64,000 bases of DNA, taken from the NCBI GenBank assembly GCA_030583785.1, contig CP129475.1, positions 768,845 through 832,844 on the forward strand. Direction: 5' to 3'. The notes beneath the pieces are model-generated. The model was not told where the DNA came from. It made no database searches and saw only the letters and a program-made list of their open reading frames with translations. The translations under genes were made by a program, and so were the position numbers. Shown here in pieces: positions 29,536 to 39,173 of the stretch. How positions within the stretch are numbered: the stretch's first letter is position 1; the number at the start of each line of letters is the position of its first letter. The stretch is from Candidatus Dojkabacteria bacterium. Lineage in GTDB: Bacteria > Patescibacteriota > Dojkabacteria > B142 > OLB20.

Positions 29536-30342
29536 TTGTCTCGTATGAGCTATAATGCTTACGACATGAAATTACGCAAACAAAAAAATAGCATTGATCT
29601 TCTTAGAGAGCTTATCAAGACAAATCTTAAGCTTAGATACAACGATTCTTTGCTCGGTGTTCTTTGGGTAATGATGAAGCCACTACTCAATTTCTTGGTT
29701 CTGTTTTTTGTCTTTAGCGCATTTAGAGGTGGCGTTGATAAAGAAAATTATGCGGCAAGTCTACTGATTGGATTAATTGTCTATACCTTTATTCAAGAGG
29801 GAATCACTTTTGGTATGAACTCTTTGCTTAGTATGCAGGGAATCATTTTAAAAGTTAACTTTCCAAGAAATCTGGCCGTGCTCAGTGCCGTGCTAGTTTC
29901 TATGATCAACTTCTTTATTAATTTGTTTATCATTTTGCTACTGACTTTGTTTGTCAATTTTGTCCCAAATCCGCTAGGCGTATTGTATTTCTTCCTGATT
30001 ATGCTTGTTATTCTTGTGATCATCTATAGTGCTTCTTTGATTCTTAGCATATTAGTCATTCGCATTCGTGATCTTGAAAACATAGTGCCGATCTTTTTTC
30101 AATTACTCTTTTGGGGATCGGCAATTTTCTACGATATAAATAGCTTGTCCGGCACTGTTGGAGATATAGTTAGACATAATCCAGTTGCCATTTTAATCGA
30201 TGCCTCTAGGCAGGCTCTAATTAACGGTAGCTTTAATTATCTGCACGAGATGGCTTTTCTTGTAGTTGTAGCATTGGTAATGTTTGTAGTTTCTCGTTTG
30301 TTCTTCAATGTAGAAGTTAAAAAAATAGCAGAACATATATAA
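29536..30342 (+). CDS. wzm: ABC-2 type polysaccharide exporter permease (Wzm/TagG-like)
   Basis: Six TM helices with ABC-2 architecture. It is immediately followed by a Wzt-like ATPase with a 1-nt gap. Confidence 0.8.
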   Translation: MSRMSYNAYDMKLRKQKNSIDLLRELIKTNLKLRYNDSLLGVLWVMMKPLLNFLVLFFVFSAFRGGVDKENYAASLLIGLIVYTFIQEGITFGMNSLLSMQGIILKVNFPRNLAVLSAVLVSMINFFINLFIILLLTLFVNFVPNPLGVLYFFLIMLVILVIIYSASLILSILVIRIRDLENIVPIFFQLLFWGSAIFYDINSLSGTVGDIVRHNPVAILIDASRQALINGSFNYLHEMAFLVVVALVMFVVSRLFFNVEVKKIAEHI

Positions 30343-31638
30343 ATGGATAAACCAATAATCGAAGTAAAGAATTTAGACAAGAATTTTGTAATCCCCAGAG
30401 AGAAAAGGGACACATTAAAAAGTTATGTGATTAACCCGTTTAGAAAGATTCCAAAAGAAACATTTCGTGCTCTAAACGATGTTTCGTTTTCTATCAATGC
30501 CGGAGAATTTGTCGGGCTGATTGGCAGAAACGGTAGTGGTAAAAGTACTCTTTTGCAGCTTATTGCAGGAATATATGCACCTACCTCAGGTAGCGTCACG
30601 GTAAGAGGAAGTATTGTTCCTTTTCTACAATTAGGAGTTGGCTTTAACGATAATTTATCCGGAAGAGAGAATGTTTTTCTAAACGGTGCAATACTTGGAA
30701 TGAGTAGAAAATACCTTGAGAAGAAATACGAAGAAATTGTAGATTTTGCAGAGATTGAAGACTTTATGGATCTACAACTGAAAAACTATTCCAGTGGCAT
30801 GCGTGTTAGGTTGGCACTTGCGATTGCTGTCCAAGCAAAAGCTGACATCTATCTGTTAGACGAAGTATTGTCGGTTGGCGATGAATCCTTCCGTCAAAAG
30901 AGTTTAAAGAAGATGCAGGAAATGCTGACCAATGGAGCAACCGTTATGTATGTCAGCCATGGGTTGGAGTCAATCGAGCAAATTTGTTCTAGGGTTATTT
31001 ATCTTGAAGATGGCAAGCTGGCATACGATGGTAATGTTACAGAAGGGTTGTCGAGGTATCGGTTCTCTCTGCTGAACAAAGCTACTAGCAATAATGAGTC
31101 TCGATTCGGAAACGAAAAGAAATCCGAAGAGAAGCCATTAATGGCTGATGTCAATACAGAAAGGATCGAGATTGAAAGCATAATGATTGACGAGAGAGAA
31201 GATGGTTACGAAGTTGAAAGCAATAAGGATTTCTTGTTTAAAGTTAATATTAAGATCCTTGAAGATATTGATGATGATTTCTGGATTGGAGCTATGTTTT
31301 CTAGTGTAGATATACCAACTTCTGATGTTTACGGTTTCAGATATGACAACCTAGAAAAAAAGATACACCCAAAGGCCGGAGATCGATATTCATTTGAAAT
31401 TAAGTCACCTTTTCCTTTTAATCCTGGTAGTTATGTATGTAAATTTAAAATTGGATCACATGTTAAAGTTAAAAGGGCCGCTCATCTGAAAGACATTGAT
31501 TACTATCGTAAGGTGCACACAGAAGAACAGGGATACCTTCTAGCCAAGAGATCCTTCATTATTAACTGCTGTGGTGAAGATCGTAGATACTATTCCTTAA
31601 TTACATCTAAGAGTAGTATTTCCGTTGATAAAAAATAA
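30343..31638 (+). CDS. wzt: ABC transporter ATP-binding protein (Wzt/TagH-like) with a C-terminal extra domain of about 180 aa (putative glycan-terminus-binding domain)
   Basis: Walker A GRNGSGKST, signature YSSGMRVRLALA, and Walker B IYLLDEVLSVGD. The beta-rich C-terminal extension spans residues 250-431. Confidence 0.85.
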   Translation: MDKPIIEVKNLDKNFVIPREKRDTLKSYVINPFRKIPKETFRALNDVSFSINAGEFVGLIGRNGSGKSTLLQLIAGIYAPTSGSVTVRGSIVPFLQLGVGFNDNLSGRENVFLNGAILGMSRKYLEKKYEEIVDFAEIEDFMDLQLKNYSSGMRVRLALAIAVQAKADIYLLDEVLSVGDESFRQKSLKKMQEMLTNGATVMYVSHGLESIEQICSRVIYLEDGKLAYDGNVTEGLSRYRFSLLNKATSNNESRFGNEKKSEEKPLMADVNTERIEIESIMIDEREDGYEVESNKDFLFKVNIKILEDIDDDFWIGAMFSSVDIPTSDVYGFRYDNLEKKIHPKAGDRYSFEIKSPFPFNPGSYVCKFKIGSHVKVKRAAHLKDIDYYRKVHTEEQGYLLAKRSFIINCCGEDRRYYSLITSKSSISVDKK

Positions 31639-31762
31639 TGCTGGAAAACGAAGCCTATATGCATTATAATAACGGCTCAGCACTTTCTGATTGAGAATCT
31701 GTTTACAAAAATCTGCCAACAAGGTTAAAATCCTTATTAATTCTATATGATATCTAGGTAAT

Positions 31763-32899
31763 ATGAATCAGCCTCATGGTGGTGTTCTCATAAATCGCTT
31801 TGCAAATAAAGATAAACTTTCTTTTGATAATATAGCTCTGTCTATCGAGCTCGATGACGATCAGCTTAGTGAGGTTAAAAATATTGCAGTCGGAACATAT
31901 AGTCCATTAAACGGCTACATGAATAAAGATGACTTTGAAAGTGTTCTTGAGAAAGCTAGGTTAACAAACGGAGTACCATGGAGTGTTCCTGTATTTCTGC
32001 CTGTTTCCAAGGTAGATTATCGATGCATAAAAGTTGGTGGTCAGGTATCCTTGCGTTACAAAGGCAAAGATATTGCGCTTATGGAGGTCTCTGATAAATT
32101 TACCTTCGATGCAGAAAAGTATGTAAAAAGTGTTTATGGCACAACAGACCCCAATCACCCTGGAGTGGCGATGATTAATTCGCTAAGTACTTATGTCATC
32201 GGAGGAGAAATCTGGGTGTATGAAGAACTTCCATCCAAGTATCTTGAATTTGATTTACCTCCACAAAAAACGAGAGAGCTATTCGCCGAAAAAGGCTGGA
32301 ATACAGTCGTAGGTTTTCAGACTCGTAATGCAGCCCACCGTGCTCATGAATTCATTCAAAAGATGTGTCTTGAATTTGTTGATGGGTTATTCATTAATCC
32401 AATCATAGGCAAAAAGAAGAGCGGGGATTTTACAGACGAGGTCATCTTAGCTGTCTATAAAATGCTGGTAAGAGATTTTTATCCTGCCAACTCTACTGCT
32501 ATCGGTGTTTATAGTTCGAGAATGCACTATGCTGGTCCCAAAGAGGCAATCTTTCATGCGATAGTTCGAAAAAACTTCGGTTGTACACATTTTATTGTGG
32601 GTAGAGACCATGCCGGCGTGGGCGACTATTACGACAAATTTGCAGCACACAGAATATTCGATGAGTTTGAAGATATCGGAATTGTACCTATGCGAGTAAG
32701 TAATGCCTTCTTTGATAAAAAATCCGATATGTATACGACTCAAAAGGCGTCACCATTCGGACCAGAACATTGGATTTCTCCTAGTGGGACAGAAGTGCGC
32801 AGACTAATCAAAGAAAAAAATTATAAAGACTTGAAGTATATTCTTCGACCAGAAGTTTTGGAAGAAATTCTTAAGTTCAAAGAGCCCTTCGTGTTATAG
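31763..32899 (+). CDS. sat: Sulfate adenylyltransferase (ATP sulfurylase)
   Basis: N-terminal PHGGVLINR and the ATP-sulfurylase motifs QTRNAAHRAHE and GRDHAGVGDYY. Confidence 0.85.
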   Translation: MNQPHGGVLINRFANKDKLSFDNIALSIELDDDQLSEVKNIAVGTYSPLNGYMNKDDFESVLEKARLTNGVPWSVPVFLPVSKVDYRCIKVGGQVSLRYKGKDIALMEVSDKFTFDAEKYVKSVYGTTDPNHPGVAMINSLSTYVIGGEIWVYEELPSKYLEFDLPPQKTRELFAEKGWNTVVGFQTRNAAHRAHEFIQKMCLEFVDGLFINPIIGKKKSGDFTDEVILAVYKMLVRDFYPANSTAIGVYSSRMHYAGPKEAIFHAIVRKNFGCTHFIVGRDHAGVGDYYDKFAAHRIFDEFEDIGIVPMRVSNAFFDKKSDMYTTQKASPFGPEHWISPSGTEVRRLIKEKNYKDLKYILRPEVLEEILKFKEPFVL

Positions 32900-32919
32900 T
32901 AGATTTTTAATGCTTTAAT

Positions 32920-33453
32920 ATGAAGATAAGCAAGCCTTTCTGTCTTTGGTTTACAGGACTTCCTTCATCCGGAAAGACAACAACAGCATTAGCATTGAAA
33001 GATAAATTTACAGAGTCTGGAATAAATATCGTACATCTAGATGGAGATGTGGTTAGAAAGGGATTAAATTCTGACCTCGGTCTTTCTAAAGAAGATAGAG
33101 AAGAAAACAACAGAAGGGTTATTCATGTCTCCGAAATTGTTGTTGGTAGCGGCATTCCTGTAATAAGCTCTTTCATCTCTCCATATAAATCTACTCGAGA
33201 TTTTGCCAAATTAACAATTCCAAATTATATTGAGGTGTTTGTAAATACACCTTTAAAAGAATGTGAGAGACGCGATGTAAAGGGCCTTTACGCAAAAGCT
33301 AGAGCAGGTGAAATAAAAGGGTTAACCGGATACGACGACCCCTACGAAGAGCCTCTTGCTGCAGATATTATTCTGGATACTGTTGACCACGATCTAGAAG
33401 AAAATATGATTCAAATAATTTCCTTTCTAAGACAGCAGAATTTCATTAATTAA
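32920..33453 (+). CDS. cysC: Adenylylsulfate (APS) kinase
   Basis: P-loop FCLWFTGLPSSGKTT and the LDGDVVRKGLNSDLGLSKEDREENNRR motif typical of APS kinase. Confidence 0.85.
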   Translation: MKISKPFCLWFTGLPSSGKTTTALALKDKFTESGINIVHLDGDVVRKGLNSDLGLSKEDREENNRRVIHVSEIVVGSGIPVISSFISPYKSTRDFAKLTIPNYIEVFVNTPLKECERRDVKGLYAKARAGEIKGLTGYDDPYEEPLAADIILDTVDHDLEENMIQIISFLRQQNFIN

Positions 33454-33464
33454 TATCTTAACTA

Positions 33465-34364
33465 TTGAAAATGCAAAAACACATATACCACAAATATGTT
33501 TCAACGGATTACTTCAATATTGCTGTCAATATCTCTCTTCAAAACAATTACTTGTACGTAGAAACCCCAAAGGTCGCTTGTTCAAAGATTAAATCGATTA
33601 TTGAATGTATAGAACTGGGCAGAAACGATGTTTATGAACATAAAAGTCGGGATTTGATCCATCACAGGTCACATGCGCCTCTTCTGTCACCAAGACAAGT
33701 CTTTGACCTTGAGAAATTAATAACTGAAAGGAAAATGTATAAGTTCTGTTTCGTTAGAAATCCATATACAAGGATACTCTCTGCCTATTTGAACAAGATT
33801 GAAGCAAACGAACCTGAGAAATATCAAATACTTTATCAACTGGGTCACCCTGCTGACCTGAACATAAAACTGACATTTCATGAATTCGTAAGCGCCATAT
33901 ATGAGACACCGCTTGCACACCTAGATCCACATTGGAAGCATCAGTATTATTTAACTTATCAAGATGATATTGATTATGATTATGTTGGAAAAATTGAGAA
34001 TTTCCAAAAAGATTTCACTAACATCCTAAAAGTGATAAATAAGCGCAAGCTAGTATTTGACTTAGGTAGCAAGATCAATTCTACAGATACTGATAAGATG
34101 ATGAAGAAGCTCTATACTCGAGAAATTCGAGACATGGTATATAATAAATATCGGATCGATTTTGATTATTTTGAATATTCTCCAGAGCTAAGCGTTTTTC
34201 CCGGTGAGAAGCCAAAAACCTGCGAAATGTTTGTAGATAAAAAAGTTAACGAAGATTATATTGGAGAGAGATATGCAGCACTTAAGGAGGAGATGGAAAC
34301 GATTAATAGTACAAGACCTTGGAAAATGTATAAGAAAGTTAGAAAGACAATATTAAAGCGATAA
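33465..34364 (+). CDS. PAPS-dependent sulfotransferase, carbohydrate-sulfotransferase-like family
   Basis: 5'-PSB-like ETPKVACSKIKS and 3'-PB-like FVRNPYTRILSAY (RxPxxRxxSxY), immediately downstream of sat and cysC. Confidence 0.65.
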   Translation: MKMQKHIYHKYVSTDYFNIAVNISLQNNYLYVETPKVACSKIKSIIECIELGRNDVYEHKSRDLIHHRSHAPLLSPRQVFDLEKLITERKMYKFCFVRNPYTRILSAYLNKIEANEPEKYQILYQLGHPADLNIKLTFHEFVSAIYETPLAHLDPHWKHQYYLTYQDDIDYDYVGKIENFQKDFTNILKVINKRKLVFDLGSKINSTDTDKMMKKLYTREIRDMVYNKYRIDFDYFEYSPELSVFPGEKPKTCEMFVDKKVNEDYIGERYAALKEEMETINSTRPWKMYKKVRKTILKR

Positions 34365-34408
34365 GGGTTGTGTACAATAGCTGTCCAGCTACTTTATAAA
34401 CTTAAGAT

Positions 34409-37400
34409 ATGGAAAAAACAAAAAAAGCAGCATGGCTGATTGATTATCCCATCAAGGGGTCTGGAGGACATAAAACATTCTTCTACTACATTAATCATCT
34501 GATAGAAATTGGTTACGAAGTCGATGTATATGTCTATGATTTTCTTGGAGTAAATGCTTCACCAGCAACTGACCCGTCTTCACTTGCTGCAGTTGTAGCC
34601 GACTATCTTATCCCTAGTCGGGCAAACTTTTATTATGGTTGGAAACCTAAAGGAGTCTACGATTTCATGTTTGCAACTTGGTTCCCGAATGCACCTGTTG
34701 TAGCTGATTATCCCTACGCAAAGCACAAAATCTTTTTTGAGCAGGAGTACGAACCATTCTTCACCATGATGGGTGATCAAACTATCAAAGCTCAAAATGC
34801 ATATCATCTTGGGCTTACAGGTATAACTATGGGAGGATGGCTAGCAAAAGAGCTGACTGCAAAACATAACATGGAGGCATATCCACTCTATCTGGGAGCC
34901 GACTTAGACTCGTATTACGATAAAGGTCGATTTAGAGATAATGCTGTGTGTTTTATCTATCAGTCTAATAAGCCACGCCGTTGTCCGCAACTTACGATAG
35001 AAACGATAGATGTTTTGCACGCAGTTGATCCAAGCATTCGCATCTATACTTTTGGTGGTGAAGATGTGCCACCTGTTGCCGGAGCTACGCATCAAGGGTT
35101 ATTGCGCATCAAAGACTTGAATAAACTTTATAATCAATGCAAGGTAGGCGTTGCTTACAGCACCACTAATCCTTCAAGAATTCCTTTTGAAATGATGGCT
35201 GCCGGATTACCTGTTGTTGAGCTTTATGCAGATAATAATCTCTACGATATACCTACAAAAGCTGCTTTGCTAGCAAAACCAGATCCATTTGCCGCAGCTA
35301 CTGCTATCTTAAAACTACTCAAAGACGAAAAATTGTGGGCAGAAAAGAGCCGAGGCGGCTTGGAATTTATGCGAACTAAGTCCTTAGACAAATCTGTAAA
35401 AGACTTCGCGAAGATTCTTTCTGATATTACTATCAGCAAGCAGAATCCGAATACCAAGATTGAAAAGCTTTATCTTGATAAACAGATTGATGCAGATCCG
35501 AGGTTGGTAAAGAAATATAATTATGTTAAAGCTACTCATTCAGACTTTCTAAAAACAGGAGATAAGCTCTCCTTTAACGGAAGCCTTACCAGATTCGCAA
35601 AGTATCAGGTCAAAAGAGCAGTAAGCCCGGTGCGTAGTTTCAAATCATTTGTCCTAAATCTTATTCAAAGTACTGTTTCTGTATCTAAGAACCTGATTTC
35701 CAGAGTTAAGCTGGAGCTGTTTATTCTGGGAAATACGAAACTATTCTCAAGCGACATCTTTGATACTTTAGTACGCAGAGAAGTACATCCAGATGAAATT
35801 AAGTTACGCTCAAGCTGGATGATGAAGCTAAAGTTTAACAATTATGCCAAGAGACTCTCAGTTTTAGAGCTCTTTGAACTCCGTAGATCAGTTGAATCAA
35901 AAATCGGGGCAGAGAATGTTGCTCAAGGAAAAGATCATGAATACGAACTTGAACAAGTATTTGAACAAGTATTACGAATAATTACACCAGACAGATCAAA
36001 GTTGTTCTACCAAGATAATGCTCGTCAGCTTGCTGAATGGGAAATGCAACACGAAATGAAGGTACTTTATCCAGATCGATTTGGGCAATCCGTATTTAAA
36101 CGGATTAAGGCCGAAACAAAAATTCTTTTGTCAGATTTCTATATGACTAAAGAGGCGCTGAATAAGATTCTGCCGCTTAAAGATATTCGTAGTGAAATCA
36201 AGCAGATCGTAAGTTCGGCAGACACAAGATTAAATAAAATCAGCGGTAGAGCTTATGATCACCTCCATAGAAGATTTAAGGTTAACCCTTCAGAGCATAA
36301 ACATCTCGGAGACAACAAATGGTCTGATTTCGAGAAACCAGCCAGTATCGGAATTAAATCAGCATTGTTTATAAATCCAAAGGAGGAAGAAAAACGGGCA
36401 GCTCTCAATGAGGCATTTTCTCAAAGACTAAACAAAGAGGGCTTTCCATACAAAGAAGAAATGGAATCTTTACTAAATGAGATCAAAGTCCCAGAAGGAT
36501 ATTCCAAAGAAGAGTCTGAGTTATTCAAGTTGGGTACAAAATATTCCCCGATTTACTTTTTCTATGTTCTTCAGCTTTGGGAAACAGCTTATAAGCTTGG
36601 AATCGAAACAATCCACTACTTCACTCGTGAGGGCATATTCTTTAAAAAGATTCACGATCAGTTCGCCAAACAGTCATTCTTTCCTTTTAAAGAAATTAAG
36701 TCAGATTTAATAGAAGTCAGCAGAATGTCTACTTTTGCAGCCTCTGTAGGTTCTGTTGAATTTTACGAACTTAAAAGAATTTGGAATCAGTACAAATATC
36801 AGTCAATTAATTCTTTTCTCGTTACACTTGGAATTGATCCAGCTCTATTTGCAGAAGATATTCAGAAGTTCAAGATTGATCCCGAAAAAGAGGTTGAAAT
36901 TTGGAAGGTTGCCAAGTATCAGGACTTGTTTGCAGATAAAAATTTCGTCGAAAAATTGCAAGGTATGCTCAATAAGAAAAGAGAGCTTCTTGTTGGATAC
37001 CTACAGCAGAAAGGGATAAGTCAGCAATCCAAGCAGGTACTGGTAAGCGATATAGGTTGGAGAGGCACTATACAAGATAACATTGCCAGAATATTCAATC
37101 AGGTGGACTTTTACGGAGTTTATCTAGGCTATATTCACCCACTAAATAATCAAGAATTTAATACATTCAAACATGCATACGGACCTTACTTTGTGAGTGA
37201 TGCTCCGTACTTTATGCAAATGCTTCATGGTGGAGCAACTTTTGTTGAGATGCTTTCCACTTCCCCTGGCGGAAGCACAATAGGCTATGAACATGCGGAT
37301 AAAAACAAAATTGTTGCCATAAAAGAAATCTCAAAAGTTGAAGACGAGTACATTCACAACAAATATGTTCGATTCTTCCAGGAAGGTGTAATTGCCTCGG

Positions 37401-37834
37401 TGGCAGCCCTTGCAAATTTTACAGACAAACATGCGCTACAGAGTTCCGAGGTGAGGCCTTATGTACTAAGGCTTATGGACGATTTAATCAAAAAGCCGAA
37501 TTACTTGTTTAGTAAGATATTCTTTAATCTTACCTACAGTGAAACATTTGGGGTGGGTGAGTATTTCGACATGAAGAAGAGATCAACCCTGAAAAAACGA
37601 AATCTTGTTCTTGCCGTAATCTCCAAATCAAGAAGAGAAAATATCGAAGAAGCAGTAAATAAATCGCAATGGAAACAGGGGTTCTGGAGATACCAAGATA
37701 GGCTTGGCATATTCAGCGTAGCCAGTAAGGTTTATTATGATTTGCAAAACGCCAGAAATGCTCTTGCTCCAAAAAGAAGGATATTGCAACTATTATCTAA
37801 AGTTGGGAAACTAAAAAAGAAAATACTTGGTTAA
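34409..37834 (+). CDS. Multidomain 1141-aa protein: N-terminal GT-B (GT4-like) glycosyltransferase domain plus about 800 aa of unassigned C-terminal region
   Basis: GT4-type E-x7-E motif IPFEMMAAGLPVVE around residue 255. The rest (…LVSDIGWRGTIQDN…) has no motif I can assign. Confidence 0.5.
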   Translation: MEKTKKAAWLIDYPIKGSGGHKTFFYYINHLIEIGYEVDVYVYDFLGVNASPATDPSSLAAVVADYLIPSRANFYYGWKPKGVYDFMFATWFPNAPVVADYPYAKHKIFFEQEYEPFFTMMGDQTIKAQNAYHLGLTGITMGGWLAKELTAKHNMEAYPLYLGADLDSYYDKGRFRDNAVCFIYQSNKPRRCPQLTIETIDVLHAVDPSIRIYTFGGEDVPPVAGATHQGLLRIKDLNKLYNQCKVGVAYSTTNPSRIPFEMMAAGLPVVELYADNNLYDIPTKAALLAKPDPFAAATAILKLLKDEKLWAEKSRGGLEFMRTKSLDKSVKDFAKILSDITISKQNPNTKIEKLYLDKQIDADPRLVKKYNYVKATHSDFLKTGDKLSFNGSLTRFAKYQVKRAVSPVRSFKSFVLNLIQSTVSVSKNLISRVKLELFILGNTKLFSSDIFDTLVRREVHPDEIKLRSSWMMKLKFNNYAKRLSVLELFELRRSVESKIGAENVAQGKDHEYELEQVFEQVLRIITPDRSKLFYQDNARQLAEWEMQHEMKVLYPDRFGQSVFKRIKAETKILLSDFYMTKEALNKILPLKDIRSEIKQIVSSADTRLNKISGRAYDHLHRRFKVNPSEHKHLGDNKWSDFEKPASIGIKSALFINPKEEEKRAALNEAFSQRLNKEGFPYKEEMESLLNEIKVPEGYSKEESELFKLGTKYSPIYFFYVLQLWETAYKLGIETIHYFTREGIFFKKIHDQFAKQSFFPFKEIKSDLIEVSRMSTFAASVGSVEFYELKRIWNQYKYQSINSFLVTLGIDPALFAEDIQKFKIDPEKEVEIWKVAKYQDLFADKNFVEKLQGMLNKKRELLVGYLQQKGISQQSKQVLVSDIGWRGTIQDNIARIFNQVDFYGVYLGYIHPLNNQEFNTFKHAYGPYFVSDAPYFMQMLHGGATFVEMLSTSPGGSTIGYEHADKNKIVAIKEISKVEDEYIHNKYVRFFQEGVIASVAALANFTDKHALQSSEVRPYVLRLMDDLIKKPNYLFSKIFFNLTYSETFGVGEYFDMKKRSTLKKRNLVLAVISKSRRENIEEAVNKSQWKQGFWRYQDRLGIFSVASKVYYDLQNARNALAPKRRILQLLSKVGKLKKKILG

Positions 37835-37843
37835 ATTAATACC

Positions 37844-38821
37844 TTGAAAATATCAGTCGTCATCAACACCCTAAATAGACCTGAACAGGTTTCCTTGTGC
37901 CTAGAGTCACTTAGACTCCAGACTTATAAGGATTTCGAGGTGATAGTAGTAGATCAGTCACGCAACAGGAGAACAAAAGAAGTCTGTAAGCCTTACAATC
38001 TTAAATACTACCGCATTAAAAAGCGCAATAACCTTTCAATATCCAGAAATTTTGGAATCAACATGGCAGCAGGCGAGATCGTTGCCTTTATCGATGACGA
38101 TGCACAGGCAAAAGAGGACTGGATCGAACGAATTTCAAATCATTTTTTGCAAGATGATAAACCTGGATTCATTGCAGGTAGAGTTATTGATGTCTCAGAC
38201 AGTGAGAATCCCGTTACCCAGTTTCAAAACGGAATTGTTTCTGCCTTCGGCTACAGTGAAGATATCCGCCCCACAGATGAAAAAAGATATCAAAGGGGGC
38301 ATGCAGGGTGGTATGTTCGACCGATGGGTGCAAATATGGTTTTTCAAAAAAAATCTCTAGAAAAAATCGGCGGATTCGATGAATTCTATGAATATATTCA
38401 CGACGAAACAGATGTCGCAGTTCGGGTTATTAAGTCAGGGGATTATGGTTTGTATGATGATTCATTAATTGTTTATCACAACCCAGCTCTTGGTAGAAAC
38501 CGTAAACGCAAAAGATTCAGTACAAATTGGTATGCACTTACAAAAAATAACATATATTTTGCTCTTAAAAATGGATCTGGAATTTTGCCATTAAGGGTTT
38601 TAAGGTCTTTCTGGAGAGTACTTGGAGCTCGCGGACCATTCATTGCTTTGTTCAAGCTATTTTTGCACCGAAAAATTTCAATATTTAGTTACATGTTTGG
38701 AAACATTCGAAGCGGTTTAGGGCTTCTTAAAGGGTTCTTCTGGGGAACGAGAAAAAAGAGGAAGCTTATGAAAGTTACTGAACCATCTGCATATTTATTG
38801 TTTGCAAAAAGACATGGATAA
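37844..38821 (+). CDS. Family 2 glycosyltransferase
   Basis: MKISVVINTLNRPEQV…FEVIVVDQS and the DXD motif FIDDDA. Confidence 0.8.
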   Translation: MKISVVINTLNRPEQVSLCLESLRLQTYKDFEVIVVDQSRNRRTKEVCKPYNLKYYRIKKRNNLSISRNFGINMAAGEIVAFIDDDAQAKEDWIERISNHFLQDDKPGFIAGRVIDVSDSENPVTQFQNGIVSAFGYSEDIRPTDEKRYQRGHAGWYVRPMGANMVFQKKSLEKIGGFDEFYEYIHDETDVAVRVIKSGDYGLYDDSLIVYHNPALGRNRKRKRFSTNWYALTKNNIYFALKNGSGILPLRVLRSFWRVLGARGPFIALFKLFLHRKISIFSYMFGNIRSGLGLLKGFFWGTRKKRKLMKVTEPSAYLLFAKRHG

Positions 38822-39173
38822 ACAAAGTGAAAATGCCAAAATGTTTGTATCTAGAATGAGAGAACTACTAAATGAAGAGGAACTGGGTGGCATGAGAAGA
38901 GAAGATGATCCAGATGTACTAATTCGCGAGTATGTATTGCCCGCTCTTGAATCAAGTAAGAATGTGCTTGCAGATTTGTACCATGACATTCATGGAGGTA
39001 GCGGACCGTTTGCTAAAATCAAACGCATAATAATAACCAAGGTTGCCAACATCTCCAGAAATACTATGGAACGGAGTATGATATCCCAACAGAGATACAA
39101 CGACATGGTTTATACTCTGCTTAAATATTTGTACGAAAAAAACAGTACATCTTCACCCAATAAGAAAAAATGA
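38802..39173 (+). CDS. Hypothetical small cytoplasmic protein, translationally coupled to both flanking GT genes
   Basis: 123-aa ORF that overlaps the GT2 end by 20 nt and overlaps the next start by ATGA. No motif recognised. Confidence 0.35.
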   Translation: MQKDMDKQSENAKMFVSRMRELLNEEELGGMRREDDPDVLIREYVLPALESSKNVLADLYHDIHGGSGPFAKIKRIIITKVANISRNTMERSMISQQRYNDMVYTLLKYLYEKNSTSSPNKKK

